Shown here piece after piece: positions 28,812 through 35,871 of a DNA stretch of 39,999 nucleotides. Position 1 is the stretch's first letter; every line of letters begins with the position of its first letter. The translations under genes were made by a program, and so were the position numbers. Source of the stretch: a virus (lineage: Duplodnaviria > Caudoviricetes); the IMG/VR virus record IMGVR_UViG_3300035182_000456, positions 1 to 39,999 of that record; one strand, 5' to 3'. A model generated the notes under the pieces. The model was given only the letters and a program-made list of their open reading frames with translations. It was not told where the DNA came from and made no database searches.

Positions 28812-29761
28812 TTTACGATACTCAAAATAGCAGCGCTTTTTTGTTTGACTGGTTTAATACTGTCAATCGCACGCTTTGCACCCATCTTACACGCGCTTGT
28901 TCCACACGTTTTTGTAGCAGCACGGGTTTTGACGGATGCCTTGCCGCATACCGGACAATTAAAATTAGCGCTTACTGGTAATTGCATTATTTTCTTTACA
29001 TCAATTGCAATGTCGTTTTGTGAATTACGCTTTACATCGTATATTAGCGTTTCCTGATTGGTCACAGACTGGTCACAGATGGGTAACATGTGACTATGTG
29101 ACTCTTCTGTATCTTTTGTGTGACCAGTCTCAGTCACACGGTAAAAACCAAACAAATGGAGTAACATATAAATTACTGGTATTACGCCCACAGTAATAGC
29201 AGTCTTAAACAGCCAAGGCTTATTTATTGCCATGCGCTCCACGGGGGGCGAAACCGTAAACGCGGGGGGCATGGTGGCGCTTGCATCTAGCTTGGCAAGG
29301 TCGTTTTGCAAGCGTTCGAGATCAACACGACGGCTTGTCATCTTGTCTGTGTCGACAATCTCTTGGATTTGTGTCTTGATGACATTGCGTTGATCGTCTC
29401 GGTTTGCAGAGTCATGCGCCCATGATTTAACCATGGCAGCATGGTCGGCTTGTGCCTGCTGGTACGTCGCAAGCTCTGATGTGTATGCCGGGTCTTTGAT
29501 GTCGCCTTCGTGTTGATACATCAAATAACCTTCCAATGGTGAAAGGATTAGGCAGGCAGTTATTGCTAGCAATCGGACAAGCCAACCTGCACGGGGTGCG
29601 AATACGTGACCCCAGCCAATCCAGACCGCCGCCGCAAGCCCTAACGCCACAGACCAACCAAGTGCAGTGGACTCATAGCCTAATCCATCGTGCGTGTGCA
29701 TGACAGTTGCTGCTATAAATGGCAGTGCTATCAGGTGTGCTGTGTTGGTCAATTTTCTCAT
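28808..29761 (-). CDS. Multi-TM coiled-coil protein with C-terminal Cys4 Zn-finger-like domain
   Basis: Start MRKLT after the leader; 3 TM, coiled coil, 4th TM, then CPVCG...TCGTSAC. Confidence 0.75.
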   Translation of the reverse strand: MRKLTNTAHLIALPFIAATVMHTHDGLGYESTALGWSVALGLAAAVWIGWGHVFAPRAGWLVRLLAITACLILSPLEGYLMYQHEGDIKDPAYTSELATYQQAQADHAAMVKSWAHDSANRDDQRNVIKTQIQEIVDTDKMTSRRVDLERLQNDLAKLDASATMPPAFTVSPPVERMAINKPWLFKTAITVGVIPVIYMLLHLFGFYRVTETGHTKDTEESHSHMLPICDQSVTNQETLIYDVKRNSQNDIAIDVKKIMQLPVSANFNCPVCGKASVKTRAATKTCGTSACKMGAKRAIDSIKPVKQKSAAILSIVK

Positions 29762-29788
29762 TTTGTTGTCTCCGTGTTGTTGTCCGAC

Positions 29789-29817
29789 AGTATAGTGCAA
29801 GTGTCGGGCGATAACAA
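29789..29817 (-). promoter_or_regulatory. sigma70-like promoter with box variant (6)
   Basis: TTGTTA-17-TATACT; GTGTCGGGCGA at 29801-29811. Confidence 0.78.
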
Positions 29818-29820
29818 GGC

Positions 29821-29851
29821 GCAAAAAAGCCACCGGGTTAGGGTGGCTCTT
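29821..29851 (-). terminator. Intrinsic terminator (near-identical copy at ~31181-31210, variant at ~32145-32173)
   Basis: AAAAAGCCACC-gggttag-GGTGGCT hairpin. Confidence 0.8.
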
Positions 29852-29880
29852 GGTGTGCTTAGGTTTTGGATATTGGGTGG

Positions 29881-30555
29881 CTACCGTCCTAACAATGGCA
29901 CTTGCTTCACCTTGCTTTTTAACTCTGGCAACTTGTGCAGCAAATACGTCTTGTCACCTCGCTTCAAGGCTTCACAAACTGACGGTGCGCTAAACATGCC
30001 AGACAAACGAAAAAGAGACATTCTGAATTCATCATCTGACCATATATAGCCCCAGCCTGTTGAGAACTTATTTGAGTACCAGACTCTGAATGAAAGCCGC
30101 AACTGAGAAAGCGATGGCTTATTGTCGGTCATACGGAAATAAGGACTCTCATCATACAGATAACCACGATCAACAAGCTCTTCCCACCAATCAACAATAC
30201 CCGGCAACAAACCAAGATTGATTAGCTTAGCCGCGTAATGGTCGTTACCGATCACGGCTTGTTTGGTTTCGAGTTCTTGCCAGCGGTCAATAATGCGCAT
30301 CAGCAAGGCGACGTTAAGGTGTGCTGCAACTGAAATGGATTGGCGTTTGTCGAGTTGGTAGGTTTTGATGTACTCAGTTTTTCCTTTACCTGAAATTATT
30401 GGGCACTCAATTTTTGTAACCAAACCGAACGCAGGGTCTTTCGCCAATGACTCCACAGTACGCATTGCATTGTTGTGCCGAACATCCAACATATCGGTGA
30501 TTTCTTTCAGTGTCATGCTGGTTACTGTTGCAGACATTGTTGCTAAGTCGTTCAT
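29881..30555 (-). CDS. Rha-like (antirepressor-type) DNA-binding protein
   Basis: MTLKEITDML..RHNNAMRTVE, Y.LDKRQS and IIDRWQELE motifs. Start uncertain (30555 or 30564). Confidence 0.75.
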   Translation of the reverse strand: MNDLATMSATVTSMTLKEITDMLDVRHNNAMRTVESLAKDPAFGLVTKIECPIISGKGKTEYIKTYQLDKRQSISVAAHLNVALLMRIIDRWQELETKQAVIGNDHYAAKLINLGLLPGIVDWWEELVDRGYLYDESPYFRMTDNKPSLSQLRLSFRVWYSNKFSTGWGYIWSDDEFRMSLFRLSGMFSAPSVCEALKRGDKTYLLHKLPELKSKVKQVPLLGR

Positions 30556-30574
30556 TTCATTCATCCTTTCAGGC

Positions 30575-30675
30575 ATAAAAAAACCCGTGAAAACCAAAGG
30601 AGCAAGCAATGGTCGTCACGGGTTGGGCTTTTGCCCTTACGATTAATGCCTTGCTCGCACGATTCGTAAGGGATG
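30575..30675 (-). ncRNA. Structured two-hairpin RNA/leader, c4-antisense-like
   Basis: Stems CCCTTACGA/TCGTAAGGG and AACCCGTGA/TCACGGGTT plus U-tract; the loops are complementary (GAGCAAG/CTTGCTC); TATAAT upstream. Confidence 0.5.
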
Positions 30676-30867
30676 TGAGGATTATAGCCTGTGATGTGGA
30701 AAAACGCCAGACAAACGCACTGAACTCACACAATCGCCCACAAGCCTCGCAACACCATACCCGCCACTACCGTACCGCTAACAACGCGCGAACGCCGCAT
30801 AGACAACCACAGTGAGTATATGGAGGAGTTTAACCATGTTGGGGTGTGTGTTGGGTTGGTATGGCTT

Positions 30868-31160
30868 AAAGTAGTAGGATGGTAGTAAGTAGTAGTAGGA
30901 TGGTAGTAAGATGATGTTACTACCTTTTTCTTTATTAAAATCATATAGTTAAGCACTGGTAGTAAGAGTAGTAAGATATATTTTTAAAATAAGTATGTGA
31001 GATTAAGTATATATCTACACACACACACACAATTGCATATATATATATAAGGATGCGATCTTACTACTCTTACTACCGCCGCCAAGAAGCATACTATTTT
31101 GTCTTTGGTTTCAGCATGTTACAGGCTAATTTCTCGGTAGTAGGATGTTACTACCTTTTT
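30868..31160. other. Probable replication origin
   Basis: Many GGTAGTA(A/G)G iteron-like units; perfect 20-bp inverted repeat at 30958-30977 and 31058-31077 around an AT-rich (CA)n/(TA)n core; non-coding; near the helicase. Confidence 0.7.
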
Positions 31161-31230
31161 GGTTGATTCATCCCCAAAACGCAAAAAGCCACCGGGTTAG
31201 GGTGGCTCTTGCATGGTTTGAGTGGCTTTT

Positions 31231-31935
31231 TCAGTGAATCGGGATTGGCATCATGTAAGCCCTGACTGCTGAACCGTTAATTTTAACGCTCTTTGACGTG
31301 TACCCGCATTTCTTCAGGGCAATTCCAACGGCTCGAACTACTTTTGCGTCTGGTTTGTCGTATCCAAGTTTAACAGCTACCTGAGTAGTAGCCATAGGGT
31401 TTTTCAACAAAAACAACTGGTTATCATAGTTACTACGAAAACCGAACATAGCTAAGACCTGCTTTTCATGGTCAGTTTGCAATCTAAATTCCGGCTCATA
31501 CTGACCAAATGCCGATTCAAGTTGACGCAAAATAGCGGTTTCTTTTTCAATGTTCCTGCGCAATCCTTCAATAGCCAGTGAAGCGTGCTGATTAGGCGTA
31601 AGTCGTTGATCTTCTTTGGAGTAATTGCCTGTTTTGCGTATTGCTGGAAGAACTTCACCAGTAACCCACTTGCGAAACCGCTTTGCTTCAGGCTTGTCTG
31701 ATCTGATGATTACGGCATACAAGCCAGATTCGTTGATAATAGTGGATTCTCCTTGACGACCTAAGTTCAGCTTAGCCCGTTCATCTTCATCAAGGCGGCT
31801 TGCTACCATTGATGGGTTGCTCAATTCCAAAACATCGCACACATCAGCAAGTACAAACCATGGGTTTCCTGCTTCGTCTGTGATCGTGCGCAATTGGTTA
31901 GTGTTTCCGAAGTTGAATGTTGTCAATGCGTTCAT
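31231..31935 (-). CDS. Bro-N domain protein fused to a copy of the helicase C-terminal domain
   Basis: PWFVLADVC, INESGLY and AKRFRKWVTGEVLPAIRKTG motifs; the last ~55 aa match ORF 32193. Confidence 0.9.
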   Translation of the reverse strand: MNALTTFNFGNTNQLRTITDEAGNPWFVLADVCDVLELSNPSMVASRLDEDERAKLNLGRQGESTIINESGLYAVIIRSDKPEAKRFRKWVTGEVLPAIRKTGNYSKEDQRLTPNQHASLAIEGLRRNIEKETAILRQLESAFGQYEPEFRLQTDHEKQVLAMFGFRSNYDNQLFLLKNPMATTQVAVKLGYDKPDAKVVRAVGIALKKCGYTSKSVKINGSAVRAYMMPIPIH

Positions 31936-32078
31936 GGTTGTGTCTCCTTAAGTTTTCCGAGTAGATGTGTAATTTGAGAATTGAAAGAGCGGTGTTCTTC
32001 CTTTGCCTTGGCTTTCACCCATTCAGTTATTTCTGTAGGTAGCCTTAAAGGGTAGGGTGTTGCTTGCTTTGTCTTCAT
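31932..32078 (-). CDS. Arc-like ribbon-helix-helix repressor
   Basis: YPLRLP.EI.EWVK.KA..EHRSFNSQI; AAGGAG SD; arc-ant gene order. Confidence 0.85.
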   Translation of the reverse strand: MKTKQATPYPLRLPTEITEWVKAKAKEEHRSFNSQITHLLGKLKETQP

Positions 32079-32192
32079 GGTTGTGTCTCCTTGATGTGTT
32101 AAATAGAGTCTAAACTTAATCTTCAATGAATGCACTAGCCAAACGCAAAAAGCCACCCCGAAGGATGGCTCTTGCATAATTGGTGTGGCTTG

Positions 32193-33743
32193 TCAGTGAA
32201 TCGGGATGGGCATCATGTAAGCCTTAATGGGCGTGCCATTGATCTTTACGCTCTTTGTTGTGTAACCGCATTTCTTGAGTGCAGTACCAACAGAACGAAC
32301 GACCTTAGGGTCTGGTTTGTCGTATCCCAATTTACCCGCAATCATGGTTGTGGTCATCGGGTCACGCCGTCCGCCGTCATCTGCGTGCTTACCGAACATG
32401 GTTAAGATCGCCTCTTCAAACGGGTCGATAACTTCCATTGCCTTGTTGTGGTAGTTAAGGTCTGCCAGTTCCTCAGATGTCAAGCTATGGTCGGTGTAAT
32501 CAGCCATTGCTTTGATCTCTGCCCAATACTGTTGCATGTCCAAGGTGTTGTATTCAATGCACGTAACTGGGATAGACCACCAGCGACGGTTTCCAGTGTG
32601 GTCAATCAGGTATTTGTCATCGTTGACACTAGCGCAATACGCAGTACGCCGTCTGTAGTCCATAGAGGTCTTTGCATAAGGCATCCGGTACGTATCCACG
32701 TCTTTGGTAATAAATGCCTTGAGCGTCGGTATATCGCGCTTAAACGTTCCGTCCAACTCACCCAGCTCTGCAATCCATGCCGATGTCGCAGCCCTCACGC
32801 TGTCAGGGTTGCTAGGGTGTAGCTCCAAGCCATCAGCAACAGAGCCGCGCAATGGGCATAAGGATTTAATCCAAGTTGTTTTTCCCTTTCCCTGATCGCC
32901 AACCAACACAATTACGCCCTGCTGTGGTGGTGGCGTATCCAGCGTTGCAGCTTTGATTGCGCCCACGCTCCACCGCATCAGTAGGGTACGTTTAAGGTCT
33001 GCTGGCATGTCAGATACAAGCGTATCCGCCAACGCATCAATCCTGCTCACGCCATCCCACACAACAACGTCAAGCCACTCAGCCACTGGGTGATATTTAT
33101 TGTCGCTGGTGATAACTTGCAGGTGGTCAATCATCTCATTGGATTTGTACCCTACAGAACGCGCCCCCGAAATGATGCGTAACACCATATTGCCTATTTG
33201 ATCATCGTCAAACGCCCCCCCGGTATATTCCTCTTTGCGGGTCATGAGGTTAAGGCGTGCCTCAATCTGCATTGCTTTAAGGATTGCCGCTGTATTGCTG
33301 ATGGTGCTAAGCGGCTTGCCATCCTCATCCATGTTTACCCACTTATGGTCATCAAGTACGCCCTCTGCAACTTTGCCGGGTGCTGCACGGTCTGTACCTG
33401 AGGTGCGTTTTGCTGCTGCTGCTGCTTTGTCAAAAACGCGCTTAACGCTGCTGCGCCCACCGCCTGCTTTACGCTCTTTTGTGATAGCGTCGATCAAGCC
33501 ACTGGTTACAGTGTCGCCTACTCCGAGCCTTGCGCTATGTTTTGCAACGTCCGAGATAATGCGGTCGGCTTTATCCGCTTCGTTGGTAACGTCGATTGCA
33601 TCAACCATTGCATATAGCAATTTGTTTGCTTTCCCTTGTATTGCCGGGTCTTTATAAGCCCTATGATCTATATCTTGTATCTGTAGCAGTATATTTTGGT
33701 ATTTTCCGTCAACATGTAGTTGACTAGTCTCATTGTGTGTCAT
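32193..33743 (-). CDS. VapE/VirE-like P-loop replicative helicase
   Basis: YHPV..WL..WDG..RI, GDQGKGKT, ELGEL, YRMPY and YLIDHTGNRRWW motifs. Confidence 0.88.
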   Translation of the reverse strand: MTHNETSQLHVDGKYQNILLQIQDIDHRAYKDPAIQGKANKLLYAMVDAIDVTNEADKADRIISDVAKHSARLGVGDTVTSGLIDAITKERKAGGGRSSVKRVFDKAAAAAKRTSGTDRAAPGKVAEGVLDDHKWVNMDEDGKPLSTISNTAAILKAMQIEARLNLMTRKEEYTGGAFDDDQIGNMVLRIISGARSVGYKSNEMIDHLQVITSDNKYHPVAEWLDVVVWDGVSRIDALADTLVSDMPADLKRTLLMRWSVGAIKAATLDTPPPQQGVIVLVGDQGKGKTTWIKSLCPLRGSVADGLELHPSNPDSVRAATSAWIAELGELDGTFKRDIPTLKAFITKDVDTYRMPYAKTSMDYRRRTAYCASVNDDKYLIDHTGNRRWWSIPVTCIEYNTLDMQQYWAEIKAMADYTDHSLTSEELADLNYHNKAMEVIDPFEEAILTMFGKHADDGGRRDPMTTTMIAGKLGYDKPDPKVVRSVGTALKKCGYTTKSVKINGTPIKAYMMPIPIH

Positions 33744-33818
33744 AGTATTGTCTCCGTTGTGTAGTATTTACGAAAGCCCCTTAAGCCTGCCACCGCTCCC
33801 ACGGTCGCGGGCTTTTCT

Positions 33819-34001
33819 TTATGCGCGATTATCAGCGTTTTTGCAAGCGTCGATGTACTGACTTATCGCGTCTATCACCAATGTTGCTTTGTTGTAACCA
33901 TCCTTTGCCATCATCGCCTCTAGCGCCGCGTCCAGCTCCAACGGCAAGCGGAATGAAAATTTGCGTGTTACTTTGTTAAACGTGTTGGATTTTTTGCTCA
34001 T
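33819..34001 (-). CDS. Small ribbon-helix-helix protein (CopG/Arc-like)
   Basis: FSFRLPLELDAALE...KATLVIDAISQYI; AAGGAG SD. Confidence 0.78.
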   Translation of the reverse strand: MSKKSNTFNKVTRKFSFRLPLELDAALEAMMAKDGYNKATLVIDAISQYIDACKNADNRA

Positions 34002-34026
34002 GGTCGTGTCTCCTTGTGATTAAGAC

Positions 34027-34059
34027 TTGCATGTTATAGTGTCGGGCGCTATGATGCAA
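34027..34059. promoter_or_regulatory. Overlapping divergent promoters sharing one box (7)
   Basis: + strand: TTGCAT-17-TATGAT. - strand: TTGCAT-17-TAACAT. Box at 34039-34049. Confidence 0.82.
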
Positions 34060-34088
34060 GCTCAACAACACAACACGGGGACAACAAA

Positions 34089-34940
34089 ATGACAAAACAC
34101 ATAATTGCATACAGCGGCGGTCACAGTAGCGCACTGGTGGCGGTTGAAGTGTGCCGCAAGTTTGGCAAGGATAAAGTGGTATTACTTAATCACAACATCA
34201 GCCCAAAAGTTGAGCCAGCGGATGTTAAGCGGTTCAAGGCGGAAATAGCTGATTATCTTGGACTGCCGATCACATACGCAAATCACCCTGACTGGGAAAC
34301 TGAGACACCCATCAGCCTGTGCGTAAAGGCTGGTACATGGGTAAATCCAGCCAATCGGCAAATACTTTGCACAAACAGACTCAAAACAGCGCCATTTTAC
34401 AATTGGTTATCCGCTAATTATCGCGAAGGCGACGTTTGCTACTATGGATTTGACAAAAACGAGCCGGAAAGGATTACGCGCCGATCTAACATCATGGGGC
34501 AATCAGGTTATAAAACAGATTATCCGTTGGCTTTGTGGCGTGATCGCACTATCTACACAACTAATGAGATTGGCATAGCGCACCCGCTCTCATACGATGT
34601 TTTTAAGCACGCTAATTGTATTGGATGTATTAAGGCTGGATGGCAACACTGGTACGTAATCTATTGCCTTTATCCTGAGATTTACAAGCAGTTAATAGAT
34701 GGCGAGGAAGAGATAGGTCATTCTGTTCATGGTCTTGATTTTGCTGCTGACAAGTCAGAAATGTTTGAGCAAATGCAAAAAGCTGGCATTGTTCCAACCG
34801 AAAAAACACCCAGCGGCGAATTTTGGGCAACGGCAAAGAGAGAATTAGCACGACTCGAACAACAGAAAACACAATTTAGCTTGTTTGATATGCCTACGTT
34901 TGAAAAATCAGTCGAATGTACGGGAGATTGCAAGCTATGA
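34089..34940 (+). CDS. PAPS-reductase-like (PP-loop/HUP) protein
   Basis: AYSGGHSS, CT.RLK, GFD..E..R and HANCIGCIK motifs. Confidence 0.75.
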   Translation: MTKHIIAYSGGHSSALVAVEVCRKFGKDKVVLLNHNISPKVEPADVKRFKAEIADYLGLPITYANHPDWETETPISLCVKAGTWVNPANRQILCTNRLKTAPFYNWLSANYREGDVCYYGFDKNEPERITRRSNIMGQSGYKTDYPLALWRDRTIYTTNEIGIAHPLSYDVFKHANCIGCIKAGWQHWYVIYCLYPEIYKQLIDGEEEIGHSVHGLDFAADKSEMFEQMQKAGIVPTEKTPSGEFWATAKRELARLEQQKTQFSLFDMPTFEKSVECTGDCKL

Positions 34941-35866
34941 GCGACTTCCTAACAAAAATGCTTGCCGCAATCGGTAGCGCCCCCACGTCGCTGGTATGCG
35001 ACACAAAAACGCACCGATTCAGCACCAATGGCAAAAGCATGGACAAAGCAGGTTGGTACATCCACCCATCCACAGACGTGGTTATAGCGGGTTGCTGGCG
35101 CTCTGGTGTCACTGTCACGCTGTTTGCTGGCGGCGTTACCAAAGATGACCCTGAGGCGATTGCAGCTATCCACCGGGCGCGTGCTGCTTATCGCGAGGAA
35201 CGTGCTGCTGCTGCACAAGAAGCGGCTGCCAAAGCCAGTGACCTACTAACATGGTCAAAGCGTCTCGATCTTAACCATGAGTACATCAAGCGCAAAGCCA
35301 TTGACGGAATGTCGATAGCATCACGATTACGCTCACGCTCCCTAAAATCGTCCGTGCTGCTAGATATGGTTAATGCTTATGGTGAGATAGTGGGGGCGCA
35401 AACAATCGCGACCGACGGCGTTAAACGCTTTGTAGCTGGCACATCAAAGCAGGGTGCGTGGCACTGGCTGTTAAATCCAACCAAAGATCGTATTGACGAT
35501 ATTATCGGAGTGGTTGAGGGATGGGCAACGGGTTGCGCGGTAGCAGAGATCCACGGATTAAGCCGAGTTGCTGTGGCGTTTGACGCAGGAAACCTTGAAC
35601 ATGTAGTAGCTCGGCTGCTTATCCTGTATCCGCACAATCCTATTGTGATCTTTGCCGATGACGATGACATTAACCCAAAGACGGGCAAGCGTGCTGGCAA
35701 AGCTGGTGCTGAAAAGGCGCGTTCAATTGAACCTGATCGTGTTGGTATTCAGTACCCGCTCTGGTTAGATGGAAAAAAGCCAGTGGGTTGCAGTGATTAT
35801 GCTGATTTGTACTTGCTAAAGTGTCGGGCGCTTGATATTATAAACACTCAAACAACACAAGGGTAA
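34937..35866 (+). CDS. Toprim-domain primase (P4-alpha/TraC-like N-terminus, no helicase)
   Basis: HRF...GWY, Y..RK, Q.I..DG.KRF, VEGWAT, AFDAGNL, ADDD and SDYAD motifs; ATGA-coupled start. Confidence 0.88.
   Translation: MSDFLTKMLAAIGSAPTSLVCDTKTHRFSTNGKSMDKAGWYIHPSTDVVIAGCWRSGVTVTLFAGGVTKDDPEAIAAIHRARAAYREERAAAAQEAAAKASDLLTWSKRLDLNHEYIKRKAIDGMSIASRLRSRSLKSSVLLDMVNAYGEIVGAQTIATDGVKRFVAGTSKQGAWHWLLNPTKDRIDDIIGVVEGWATGCAVAEIHGLSRVAVAFDAGNLEHVVARLLILYPHNPIVIFADDDDINPKTGKRAGKAGAEKARSIEPDRVGIQYPLWLDGKKPVGCSDYADLYLLKCRALDIINTQTTQG
35813..35841 (+). promoter_or_regulatory. sigma70-like promoter with box (8)
   Basis: TTGCTA-17-TATTAT; box at 35821-35831, inside the primase 3' end. Confidence 0.72.
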
Positions 35867-35871
35867 TTTAG

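Larger units (their letters stand above)
28013..29066. repeat. 29-bp inverted repeat (28/29 identical), 28013-28041 and 29038-29066
   Basis: TGTGACCAATCAG(A/G)AAACGCTAATATACG on opposite strands. Confidence 0.9.

Noticed and set aside
7805-29833. Extended N-termini in the ORF track (8018, 8580, 11225, 15879, 20089, 22284, 29833)
   Set aside because: They overlap neighbouring genes, the tRNA, promoters or terminators; internal starts with SD or coupling fit better.
30726-30956. 76-aa ORF (YYHPTT repeats)
   Set aside because: Translation of origin iterons; no RBS.
19510-35831. Box as canonical KOPS or Chi site
   Set aside because: It does not match GGGNAGGG or GCTGGTGG, it is confined to promoter spacers, and the phage FtsK lacks a gamma domain.
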